From Promethearchaeia archaeon (GTDB taxonomy: Archaea; Asgardarchaeota; Lokiarchaeia; Sigyniarchaeales; SOKP01): a stretch of DNA of 64,000 nt. The position numbers and the translations under genes were made by a program. The DNA lies in contig JAHQWG010000016.1 of assembly GCA_029856045.1 (NCBI GenBank), positions 320,001-384,000 on the forward strand, read 5' to 3'. The stretch's first letter is position 1. Each line of letters begins with the position of its first letter. The notes under the pieces were generated by a model. The model ran no database searches, was not told the DNA's origin, and saw only the letters and a program-made list of their open reading frames with translations. Shown in pieces: positions 1 to 8,951 of this stretch.

Positions 1-567
1 TACCATTCCAAATGTTAATAATCTAAACTTTGTTTGCATTTTATAATGTTTTGCAACTTGCCGATGACCTAATTCATGAAATAGAAAGGCTGTAGTATAA
101 AAAAATGCTAAAATAAATATAGCCCAGAGTAAACCCAATTCAACTAGTTCGAGACGGAAAAAGCTAATAAAGCCAATTACATAAATTAATGCTGCTCCGA
201 TGACAAAATGAGTAAATTCCGACTTTTTTTGCCATAAAATTCCCGAAAATGTTATACCAGAATCTGGATCAAAAGCATTTTCTGGTATTTGACTCTCTTG
301 ATGATACCAGACAAAACTCCCGTCTGTTCTGCCCCTATCATGAATGCTTGAATCAGCGACAGTGGAACTATAAACAGGTTGAGGCTGAGATGGTTGTTGA
401 GGCGTACTATATAAAACTGGGGGTGCCACTGAGGTCGTGGGAACCCCAATTATTGAAGAACAGTCATGCATTCGAGGTTCTAAATGATAGGAACAATACC
501 TATTATGGCATTTTTCACATTCAAAAACTTCTGGAAATTCATCACCACAAAATTCACAACTGGGCAT
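1..567 (-). CDS. AN1-type zinc finger fused to M50 (site-2-protease family) membrane metalloprotease; partial, runs off window start
   Basis: Not in ORF track. Manual translation from ATG 567: MPSCEFCGDEFPEVFECEKCHNRYCSYHLEPRMHDC (AN1 Cys/His pattern), a Pro/Gln/Ser linker, two hydrophobic segments, then FLFHELGHRQVA (HExxH). Frame is open to position 1. Confidence 0.85.
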   Translation of the reverse strand, partial: MPSCEFCGDEFPEVFECEKCHNRYCSYHLEPRMHDCSSIIGVPTTSVAPPVLYSTPQQPSQPQPVYSSTVADSSIHDRGRTDGSFVWYHQESQIPENAFDPDSGITFSGILWQKKSEFTHFVIGAALIYVIGFISFFRLELVELGLLWAIFILAFFYTTAFLFHELGHRQVAKHYKMQTKFRLLTFGMV

Positions 568-1159
568 ATTTAATCATGTTCTTAAATACTATTAAATTAT
601 TCAAGGATGAAATTATATAATTCTAAAATAATTAAAAGTATTAATTTTTATTTAGAATATTTAGTCCTTTAACATAAAAAATTTTATGTTTTTAGTTGTG
701 AAAATTTTAAAATTAGAAATGTATCTAAAAATCCGCGATTTTATTTTTCTAAATTTTGTTTTTTCCAAAAAGAAATAGCTTTATCTATAGTATTTTGAGA
801 TAATCCTATCTTTTTATTATATTTAATTGATTTTTTTGATTGAAATACCGTTTTAGGTTTAAAAAACTGATCTTTTCTATATAAAATATCCCAATCGTAT
901 ACACTCTCAGTCATGTTGTAATTTATTTAGATTTAATCTTAAAATTTCATATCAGTTAGATGATTTAGTAAATTTTAATTTTGAAAAAAAAAAAGAAGAT
1001 AGAATATGAACTAAAATTTTTGCTAAAACTTAGAAATTCAACGTATTAATTAGACCTATCGCTCTTTACTATTTAAACAAATTCAAAATATTAATAAGCT
1101 TTATTAATTTAAAAGATCAAATATTTTCATAAGAATACTAAAAAATCAATGTATCTAAT

Positions 1160-1303
1160 ATGAGTGAAAATGAAGAAGAGGGAATGAGTAAAGAAGAAGT
1201 TGATAAAGAGCGGGAAAAATTAAAGGAACTTGATTTAGAGGATAAAAGTAAGGCAAGCTGGGATATATTAACGAAGTTAACTAAGAAGAAAAAGGAAGAG
1301 TAA
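1160..1303 (+). CDS. Small 47-aa charged hypothetical protein
   Basis: ATG 1160 to TAA 1301-1303, MSENEEEGMSKEEVDKEREKLKELDLEDKSKASWDILTKLTKKKKEE. Purine-rich coding-like composition; below the ORF-track cutoff. Confidence 0.5.
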   Translation: MSENEEEGMSKEEVDKEREKLKELDLEDKSKASWDILTKLTKKKKEE

Positions 1304-1323
1304 TTCTTTAATTTTTAAAAAAC

Positions 1324-1593
1324 TTATAATTTCTCTATTTTCATGGTTTTGGAACATTTGGGGCATAATTCATCTTTTTCAGTTAATTTTACTTTAACCA
1401 TTGTTTTCTGATATCCACATTTTTTATTCTGACATTTTAATTTGAATTTTTGAAGCTTACCTAGAGGACTTTTTTTAATTAATATTTCCTTTTCATTGGA
1501 TTTAGGCTCTTCATCTGCCGAATCAATTTTTATTTCTTTAATTTTTGATTGCTTCTTTTTAGATGATTCTTTCAACCACTTATCCAAGCTAAT
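1324..1593 (-). CDS. Small Lys-rich zinc-ribbon protein with N-terminal PIP-box-like motif (ORF track start 1602)
   Basis: CQNKKC...CPKC Cys pairs; N-terminal SLDKWL. The called GTG lies inside the SD-like GGGTG, so the start is likely ATT 1593. Confidence 0.7.
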   Translation of the reverse strand: MSLDKWLKESSKKKQSKIKEIKIDSADEEPKSNEKEILIKKSPLGKLQKFKLKCQNKKCGYQKTMVKVKLTEKDELCPKCSKTMKIEKL

Positions 1594-1612
1594 TTTAAAC
1601 ACCCAAATTTTT

Positions 1613-1810
1613 TTAAATTATTTGTGTATATCCAATTTCTCTGGCTCTTACATATATTTTATATGATAAATTTTCATAATCATTTAAAATATCTTTAATT
1701 TCTTCAAATGAAGGTTCTTCAAATAACTCCTTATAGTTTTCTCCAACACCATCTGAATATTGATATTGTTGAATGACATAATCCCCATTAAAATTAATTT
1801 TTTTTAACTT
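1613..1810 (-). pseudogene. 5'-truncated remnant resembling the C-terminus of an NrdG-like radical SAM activating protein
   Basis: Open frame without a start codon between TAA (1811-1813) and TAA (1613-1615): KLKKINFNGDYVIQQYQYSDGVGENYKELFEEPSFEEIKDILNDYENLSYKIYVRAREIGYTQII. Resembles the YVxQQ...PS.EE...YxRxRExG tail of archaeal RNR activases; no CxxxCxxC upstream. Confidence 0.45.
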
Positions 1811-1994
1811 TTATAATATTCTTTTTAGCCTTTACTGATATTATTTCATTTATTTATTCATATTTACCTTTATTAACTTGACAAGAATAACTGATATAAA
1901 TTTGTATATAAATTTTAATTTTAAAGTATCATTCAATTTATAAAAAACAATATAAAAAAATAAAAAAAATTCTTAATGCTCTAATATATTTAAA

Positions 1995-3224
1995 TTAGTA
2001 AATTTGTTCCTTTCCTGCTACAAAACTTTCTCGTAATTTGAAAAAGGCTTCTTTAGAAAATCTCTTATCTACAACTTCTTTTACTACATTTTCTATACGA
2101 GAAAAAGCTACATTTGCTGCAGGTATGATAGAAACACTATTTACCCAAGGATCATTAATTGGTCTTCCAATTTGGCTTAATAACTTTACATGTGCCTCAA
2201 TTACATCCCCTTGACCAATTTCGATAATGTCTCTCGCAACGTGATTTGCAAGAACATTATAAATCTTACCAACATGATTAATGGGATTCTTTCCTGCTAC
2301 AGCCTCTAATGACATTGTTCTACATGGAGTTATTAAGCCATTACAGCGGTTTCCCCGTCCTACTTCACCATCATCCCCTGATTCTGCACTAGTTCCTGTA
2401 ATGGTTAAATACATTATATTCTTTTTAATAATATCAGCTACATTTACTTGACAAGTTACTTCTTTCTCTGGAATAATTTTAGCAGCTAAATCCAAAACTG
2501 CATCCTTAATTTGTTCACAATAGTTAATGTATTCATTAGAATCGTTTATATATTTAGAAACCATAGCACAAGCTAAAGTAATTCCAATTTTATTTTCAAT
2601 TCGATGACTCATAACTTTTATATCTTCTCCAGATGCTTTGCATTTGTTTTTAAACGCGTCAGAATTAATTAATCTTTCCGTTTCAAGTGTTATTCTTTCA
2701 CAATCACTCAAAGGTGCATATCCTACACCAAAACTAGTGTCATTAGCCATCGGTATGCTGTTCATAGAATCACTTTCATCAAAAAGCCCAGTTAAATCTA
2801 CAGAACCCGGTCGAACAGCATGATCAAAATGAATATCCTTAACTAAATCTAAATTTCTAAATACATCTTGGACAACTTGTTTAGTAGCTTCTAAACAAAT
2901 TGGTCCCACGGGAATGTATATCAATTCACTTCCATTCAAAATCTGATTTATAGCTCTCCCTACAAGTAAGAAATATTGAGGTTCTATTATAAGACCTCCT
3001 CCAAAAGTGGGTTTAGATATTCCTCCAACCAGTGCAGCTTTATCCACATTATGGTGATAATAGCGTTCGAAATTCTCTAAATAGTATTTACATAAGGCTC
3101 TTGATGAAGCTTCTGCAGCTGCATCGCAAACGGAATCAGGGTGTCCTAAACCCTTTCTTTCTACGATTTCAGGAAACTCCGATTTCTCAATAGGGTCTAA
3201 TTTTGATAAATCGATCTTTAACAT
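1995..3224 (-). CDS. mat: S-adenosylmethionine synthetase, archaeal type
   Basis: EIVERKGLGHPD, ANDTSFGVG, GEDIKVM, GRGNR, GKNPINHVGKIYN motifs. Confidence 0.96.
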   Translation of the reverse strand: MLKIDLSKLDPIEKSEFPEIVERKGLGHPDSVCDAAAEASSRALCKYYLENFERYYHHNVDKAALVGGISKPTFGGGLIIEPQYFLLVGRAINQILNGSELIYIPVGPICLEATKQVVQDVFRNLDLVKDIHFDHAVRPGSVDLTGLFDESDSMNSIPMANDTSFGVGYAPLSDCERITLETERLINSDAFKNKCKASGEDIKVMSHRIENKIGITLACAMVSKYINDSNEYINYCEQIKDAVLDLAAKIIPEKEVTCQVNVADIIKKNIMYLTITGTSAESGDDGEVGRGNRCNGLITPCRTMSLEAVAGKNPINHVGKIYNVLANHVARDIIEIGQGDVIEAHVKLLSQIGRPINDPWVNSVSIIPAANVAFSRIENVVKEVVDKRFSKEAFFKLRESFVAGKEQIY

Positions 3225-3420
3225 ATGTTAAACCATTTCTAATAGTAATTTTTTATATATAAAGCAATTTAATCCATAAAATAAATTCTTTTCTGTAATT
3301 ATAAACTCCCTTTTTTTAATATATTAAAATGTATTAGATTTAGAAAAAAATGGATTACTATTAAATTTACTAAACTTAATAAATTATATAGATTAATTTT
3401 GAATAAAAAATAAAATTGTC

Positions 3421-4209
3421 TTGGTGAAAGCTATATTCGAAACACAAATTCATATTGTATTTAATGCTGATGAGGAAGAGAGAATAACTTTCCCAATAAT
3501 AACTTCAAAACCTAATAAGCTATACTACTTTAAGGCTGATCCAACAAAATTGAACGCTGCTTATCTGTATGAATCCTTTTATGGAAAAAATATTGAAGTT
3601 TTAAAAAAGGAAGTCCCAACATTAGAAATAATAACAAACCTAATTGATTATACTGATTATTTCCAAATAATTCAAGAAATATCAAAAGTAATCAGCAACG
3701 AAAGGGAGCAAAATCCTAACTGTAAAATTTATATTAATATTTCTGCCGGTTCTAAATTAACTGCAATTGCTTCAATAGAAGCAGCAAGGATATGGGATTT
3801 AGAAACATACTATATCTTTTCTCAAGAAATAAGCTTTGGTGGAGGACCTAAGCATTCTGGCGAGATGAAATTTCTACCGATAAAAGGCTTTCCCATACAA
3901 AAACCTCGAAAAGAATTAATTAAGGTATTAAAAGTAATGGAAAAAATGATGGCTGGAGGTAAAAAATTTGTATATAAAAAATATTTATTGAATGTTTTAA
4001 AAGATGAAAGATTGTTGCAATTAGTCACGGAAAACCCTGATTTGACAAAAAATAAATCAAGTGAATATATGGCTCTTAATCAAAGATATTTAAATCCATT
4101 GGAAAGGGTATGGAAATTCATAAAAATTTCTGATGATAAACGAAATAAAAAAATATTTCTTACTGATGAAGGTAAGGAGATATTAAAAATTTTTAAATAT
4201 TATATATAG
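3421..4209 (+). CDS. CARF-like Rossmann plus winged-helix regulator (HFX_2341/DUF6293, Csa3-like)
   Basis: IYINISAGSKLTAIAS CARF-type motif; C-terminal wHTH (YLNPLERVWKFIKI...KKIFLTDEG). Confidence 0.75.
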   Translation: MVKAIFETQIHIVFNADEEERITFPIITSKPNKLYYFKADPTKLNAAYLYESFYGKNIEVLKKEVPTLEIITNLIDYTDYFQIIQEISKVISNEREQNPNCKIYINISAGSKLTAIASIEAARIWDLETYYIFSQEISFGGGPKHSGEMKFLPIKGFPIQKPRKELIKVLKVMEKMMAGGKKFVYKKYLLNVLKDERLLQLVTENPDLTKNKSSEYMALNQRYLNPLERVWKFIKISDDKRNKKIFLTDEGKEILKIFKYYI

Positions 4210-4295
4210 TGTTTGAAATACTTTATATAAAATAAAATTAAATAAGTCCTTTATATTAAATATACAAATAAAAAAAGCGAGTAACTCTTATTTAA

Positions 4296-5303
4296 ATGAA
4301 TGATCCAAATTTTTATTCAAATGTAATAACTCAATTAAAATTAATATTAGAAAATAATGGTTTCACAATTTATTTACTAAAATCACTCAAAGAAAAGTTT
4401 TGTTTTGACATTCTTGCGAAAAATGATGCGTCTCTAATAGTTATAAAAATTATTTCTAATATTGATAATATTAGCGAGGATTTACTGGATGAATTAAAGT
4501 TTTTTTCTAAAATTGTACAAGCAATTCCTATTATAATCGGAGAAAAAAATCGAAGATCAAAACTAGAGAATAATTCTATTTATATAAGAAAAAATTTACC
4601 AATCATTAATTTTGAAACATTCAAGTTAATAATACAAGAAAAAGTTTTCCCCTACATCCTTGCAAAAAGAGGCGGAGGAACAATTTTCTTAGATGGAAAT
4701 CGATTAAGACTTATGCGAGAGGGAAAGGAAGTTTCTCGAAAGAACTTTTCTGATCTGATTGGAATCACTAAAAGGTCATTATGCTCCTATGAAAGAGGAG
4801 TAATGAGAACTTCAATTGAAACCGCAAATAAAATTAAAAAATTTTTTGATGATACGGTTATAAGGAAAATAAATATATTTAATTGGAAATATCATGTTAA
4901 TATTAAAGAATTTCTTGATATTAATATAGATAGGACTGAATTCCAAGAGCACTTAGAGGATATTCTAAAAGATATTGGTTTTTTTACTTTCTGGGCTAAA
5001 GATAATATTATTCCATACGATCTTTTTATCACATCTAAAAATTTAAAATCATTTGAAAAAATTGATGATTTTTATCCCGTTTGTTTTTCAATTAATCAAA
5101 AAACTCAGAAAATTAATAAGCCAAAAATAAAGGATTTAACAAAAATGTCTCAGATTTTACAGAAAAAGTATCTTCATATTGTTGAATATTACAAACCGTC
5201 AAATTTACCAGTTAATAAGATGCCAGTTATTCAAATAAAAGATCTTGAAAAAATAGATGACGAAGAAGAATTCAAAGATTTTGTAAAGGAATTAAAATTA
5301 TAA
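4296..5303 (+). CDS. Archaeal Cro/C1 HTH transcriptional regulator (COG1395-like)
   Basis: CFDILAK...IKIISNID N-domain, AKRGG, central HTH (SRKNFSDLIGITKRSLCSYERG). Confidence 0.85.
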   Translation: MNDPNFYSNVITQLKLILENNGFTIYLLKSLKEKFCFDILAKNDASLIVIKIISNIDNISEDLLDELKFFSKIVQAIPIIIGEKNRRSKLENNSIYIRKNLPIINFETFKLIIQEKVFPYILAKRGGGTIFLDGNRLRLMREGKEVSRKNFSDLIGITKRSLCSYERGVMRTSIETANKIKKFFDDTVIRKINIFNWKYHVNIKEFLDINIDRTEFQEHLEDILKDIGFFTFWAKDNIIPYDLFITSKNLKSFEKIDDFYPVCFSINQKTQKINKPKIKDLTKMSQILQKKYLHIVEYYKPSNLPVNKMPVIQIKDLEKIDDEEEFKDFVKELKL

Positions 5304-5304
5304 A

Positions 5305-5973
5305 ATGATTAAATTAATTTTAGGAATAGATGAGGCTGGTAGAGGTTGTTTAATCGGCTCAATGATTATTTGTGGTGTCCTTTTTGATGAAAACAAACAA
5401 AAATATTTAGAAGAGATTGGTGTAAAAGATTCTAAAAAATTATCTCCAAGAAGAAGGACAGAATTATGCAAGTTAATTGTAGAAAACTGTGTAAAATATA
5501 AAGTTATTGATGTTTCGGTAAAAGAGATTGATGATAGACTCAATAAAAACATAACTCTGAATGAATTGGAGTTGGAAAAATTTGTTGAAATTATCAATTC
5601 TCTAAAGCCAGATGAAGCATTTCTTGATGCAGTAGATGTAAATGAAGAACGATTTAAAACTTCTTGTAAGAAAAGGGTAAATTATAAAGGGCTTAAAATT
5701 GTTTCTAAGCATAAAGCTGACGATCTTTTTCCAATAGTCTCTGCAGCTTCGATTGTAGCTAAAACAATTAGAGATAAAAAAATCTCGGAATTAAAAATTA
5801 AATATGGTGATCTTGGATCTGGTTATTCAAGTGACGTAAAAACTATTGAATTTGTTAGAAAGTGGATTAAAGAAAAGAAATCTATTCCTCCCTTTATTAG
5901 AAAAAGCTGGGATACCACAAAAAGACTTTTAGAAGAAGAATTATATAATAAAAAAATTAGTGAGTTTCTCTAG
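5305..5973 (+). CDS. rnhB: Ribonuclease HII
   Basis: GIDEAGRG, KDSKKL, HKAD, VSAASIVAK, GSGY; PIP-like C-terminus NKKISEFL. Confidence 0.96.
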   Translation: MIKLILGIDEAGRGCLIGSMIICGVLFDENKQKYLEEIGVKDSKKLSPRRRTELCKLIVENCVKYKVIDVSVKEIDDRLNKNITLNELELEKFVEIINSLKPDEAFLDAVDVNEERFKTSCKKRVNYKGLKIVSKHKADDLFPIVSAASIVAKTIRDKKISELKIKYGDLGSGYSSDVKTIEFVRKWIKEKKSIPPFIRKSWDTTKRLLEEELYNKKISEFL

Positions 5974-5982
5974 AAAAGGTAT

Positions 5983-6672
5983 TTATTTTTCCAGAAAAAC
6001 CCCAAGATGACCGCCAGCATAAGAATCTATGCTAATTTTTTCTAAAACCTTTAAATCTGCATTTTTTAGAGTGTTTAATTCATTTTTAAAAATCTCTTTT
6101 GGCTTTTCGGTGCTTTTGATTGATTGCGATTTAATAAATAATATTATCTTTCCGCCTTCTTTTAAATATAATTTAGCATTTCTTATTGCAATATTTGCCT
6201 GTTCAGGGTGTGAAACATCTTGATAAATTAAATCCACCGGCTTATAAATTAACATTGAATATTCCTGTGGATTTAATGCATTTCCAAGAATAGGTATTAT
6301 ATTTTTTCGAGATGTAGTATTTTGAATTAATTGGCGTAAGCTTCTTTCAGAAATTTCAACACCGAATATTAATCCATTAGAAACTATATCAGAAATGTGA
6401 GAAATTGTAGTTCCAGTAGATGCTCCCAAATATAAGCAGGTTGTTTTTCTTTCTAAATATATCTTTTGAGCCCCTTTTAAAATTAAAGCTGCTAATTTAC
6501 TTCGATATGGATCCCATAATCGAAATTCTTCATCCATTTTTAGAATTATTTTTTCTCCATAAATTACATTACCTTTATCCAGATTTTTAGTATATAATTT
6601 TAATTTTTCAGAAGAACCCGATATAAATACATTTACAAATTTAGGATGAGGTCTAATATTCGGCAGAATCAA
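5983..6672 (-). CDS. flpA: Fibrillarin, box C/D 2'-O-methyltransferase
   Basis: YGEK, WDPYRSKLAA, LYLGASTGTTISHISD, DLIYQDV. Confidence 0.95.
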   Translation of the reverse strand: MILPNIRPHPKFVNVFISGSSEKLKLYTKNLDKGNVIYGEKIILKMDEEFRLWDPYRSKLAALILKGAQKIYLERKTTCLYLGASTGTTISHISDIVSNGLIFGVEISERSLRQLIQNTTSRKNIIPILGNALNPQEYSMLIYKPVDLIYQDVSHPEQANIAIRNAKLYLKEGGKIILFIKSQSIKSTEKPKEIFKNELNTLKNADLKVLEKISIDSYAGGHLGVFLEK

Positions 6673-6703
6673 ATAAAATTCACATCTCTAGAGATTGAAG
6701 AAA

Positions 6704-7918
6704 TTATCTTCTCTTTTTACTTCTTTTCTTTTGTGATAAATTCTGAGACTTTTTTTGGCTCTTTTTTGGTGGATTTGGATATTTTCGTTTGATCTCTTCA
6801 ATCTTTTGATTAACTTCATTTAATAATTGATCTCCTAATAGCTTATCAGAAAAATAATCTAATTTTGCAGCTATTGATATTTTTCCAGATAATAATCGAG
6901 AAATTTTCCCCCTGTGCCAAGGTTTTGCAGAGCGAATTCCATGCCATTGAAATATAATACCATGCTTCGGAGATTTTGCATTTGATTTTAAGGATCTAAA
7001 TAATGCCCTTTCTGCTCCCAATAACTGAATAGTTGAGGCTGGTAGCATAGCTAACTTTTTAATGCTCCCGACAGAAGCCACTAATTTAGCTCCGATTAAT
7101 GCTCCTACAAGCGTTGTCAAATTAGGGGTTGCTCCATTCATTATTTCATCTAAATCATTTTCTAATCGCGTTCGATATGACTCAATAGATAGAATTAAAT
7201 CGGCATATTTCTGAATATTATCAAGGTCAATCTCCGCACCCATTGAATTTTGAGATTGAGTGATGATCTCGTTTAAAGTATAATCTTTAAAAGAAAATTT
7301 ATCTTGAAGGTTCTCTTTAGTAAAATTCTCTCGACTTCCAATAATTGAAATTAATTTACTAAATACTACATGATCCTCAATAATTTTGTCAGTTAATTCC
7401 GGGAAATGTAATCCGTACCACTCTCTAATACGTGTGCTAAACAAATTTATAGTTTTCTTTAATAAATCAAGAGTATTACTCATCTGAATAATTAATATAT
7501 CATCTTTTCCTGAAGCCCGACTTATTGATTTTTTTGCAAGACTTTCCCCTAATTTTTTCGATCGTTCTCTTATTTGTTCCTCCGTTATTTGAACTCCATA
7601 TTTATTAACACTGTTTCTCAAATTTAATTTAAATGATTGAATAAGAGGACACGGAACCTCATGTTTTGCATTAAAATTAGAATTCTGATTAATTAAATTA
7701 CTTAAATTTGAGTTATCAACAATAAATTCATTATACCCATTTTCTGATAACTCTTCTAATAATTTTGTAAATTCTTGAGGTAGATTATTTTCTCCTATTA
7801 GTCCATAGAATTCAATTATTTTATTAATTTCTCCATCAAAATCTTGAAAATTAATTGGACTCTCTAATTCATCAATTATAAAAATCCCAACCACAGTATC
7901 TGCAATATAACACTTAAT
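6704..7918 (-). CDS. nop5: Nop5 (Nop56/58) box C/D RNP protein (ORF track start 7894; probable ATT start 7918)
   Basis: REWYGLHFPEL, PASTIQLLGAERALF, PKHGIIFQ, KISIAAKLD; adjacent to fibrillarin. Confidence 0.95.
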   Translation of the reverse strand: MKCYIADTVVGIFIIDELESPINFQDFDGEINKIIEFYGLIGENNLPQEFTKLLEELSENGYNEFIVDNSNLSNLINQNSNFNAKHEVPCPLIQSFKLNLRNSVNKYGVQITEEQIRERSKKLGESLAKKSISRASGKDDILIIQMSNTLDLLKKTINLFSTRIREWYGLHFPELTDKIIEDHVVFSKLISIIGSRENFTKENLQDKFSFKDYTLNEIITQSQNSMGAEIDLDNIQKYADLILSIESYRTRLENDLDEIMNGATPNLTTLVGALIGAKLVASVGSIKKLAMLPASTIQLLGAERALFRSLKSNAKSPKHGIIFQWHGIRSAKPWHRGKISRLLSGKISIAAKLDYFSDKLLGDQLLNEVNQKIEEIKRKYPNPPKKSQKKSQNLSQKKRSKKRR

Positions 7919-8033
7919 AATTTAGTCCCCTTCATTCATACTAACTTTAAATAATATAATAATACTTATTATTAATAATGAGTTCCCTATTAAAAATAAA
8001 CATATCAACCATTGAAAAATTTTAAAAATAAAA

Positions 8034-8951
8034 ATGAGTGAATTTTTTAAAAAAATTGCCGAGAAACCATTCATATTGGCTTCTGGTATTCTTGGTGTTT
8101 CTTATTCTAGTATGAAACGGATATTTGAAGGGGGAGCAGGAGCAGTAGTCACAAAATCAATTGGACCAATTCTAAGAGAGGGATATAAAAATCCTTCAAT
8201 TATAGAAATACTGCCTGGAACTTTCATTAATAGCGTTGGTCTTGCAAATCCAGGTATAGATAATTTTATTTCAGAGATTAAAGAATTAAAACGGAATAAT
8301 ATAACAACTATTGTCTCAGTTTTTGGGGATTCAATAGAAACCTATACCCAGGTAGCAGTAAAGGCCCAAGATGCGGGTGCAGATGCTATAGAATTAAATA
8401 TTTCTTGCCCTCATGCTGAAATATCGATTATTTGTCAAAATAAACAATTAACCTATGATTATGTTGCAGCTGTTAAAAAAGAGTTAAAAATACCATTAAT
8501 TGTAAAGTTATCTCCAAATGTAACAGATATAGGCGAGATTGCATTAAGTGCTGAGAAAGCGGGTGCAGATGCTATCACCGCAATTAATACAGTAAATGCA
8601 ATGGTAATTGATATTGAAACCCAGAGACCAATTTTATCACATGGAAGCGGTGGTCTTTCTGGGAAAGCAATCCATCCTATAGCTGTAAAAAAAGTATTTA
8701 ATCTTTATAAAATTGTAAGAATTCCTATATTTGGATGTGGTGGAGTATTTACAGGGGAAGACGCAATTGAATTTTTCTTGGCTGGCGCTTCTGCTGTTCA
8801 AATTGGTTCCGCTTTATATCAAGATTACAATGCAATAACAACTATTATTAATATCGCTAAAAAATATTTAGAAGTTCATAATTATAAATCATTCTCAGAT
8901 ATAGTTGGAAATGCACACGGATTTGAAACTCAGGAGGTTCCAGATTTTTAA
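8034..8951 (+). CDS. pyrD: Dihydroorotate dehydrogenase 1B catalytic subunit
   Basis: ASG, TKS, NSVGLANPG, ELNISCPH, VKLSPN, GGLSG. Confidence 0.95.
   Translation: MSEFFKKIAEKPFILASGILGVSYSSMKRIFEGGAGAVVTKSIGPILREGYKNPSIIEILPGTFINSVGLANPGIDNFISEIKELKRNNITTIVSVFGDSIETYTQVAVKAQDAGADAIELNISCPHAEISIICQNKQLTYDYVAAVKKELKIPLIVKLSPNVTDIGEIALSAEKAGADAITAINTVNAMVIDIETQRPILSHGSGGLSGKAIHPIAVKKVFNLYKIVRIPIFGCGGVFTGEDAIEFFLAGASAVQIGSALYQDYNAITTIINIAKKYLEVHNYKSFSDIVGNAHGFETQEVPDF

Noticed and set aside
249-620. ORF-track 123-aa (+) and 65-aa (-) ORFs
   Set aside because: They are shadow frames of the real minus-strand AN1/M50 gene (1-567).
740-915. Short minus-strand coding-like fragments (MTESVYDWDILYRKD...; ...IGLSQNTIDKAISFWKKQNLEK)
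   Set aside because: In different frames, short and with no recognisable family. They may be a decayed gene, but this cannot be supported without a search.
570-1160. Long AT-rich spacer as a replication origin or CRISPR leader
   Set aside because: No ORB-like repeats, cdc6/orc1 gene or repeat-spacer array seen; only a chance 11-bp repeat (AATGTATCTAA).
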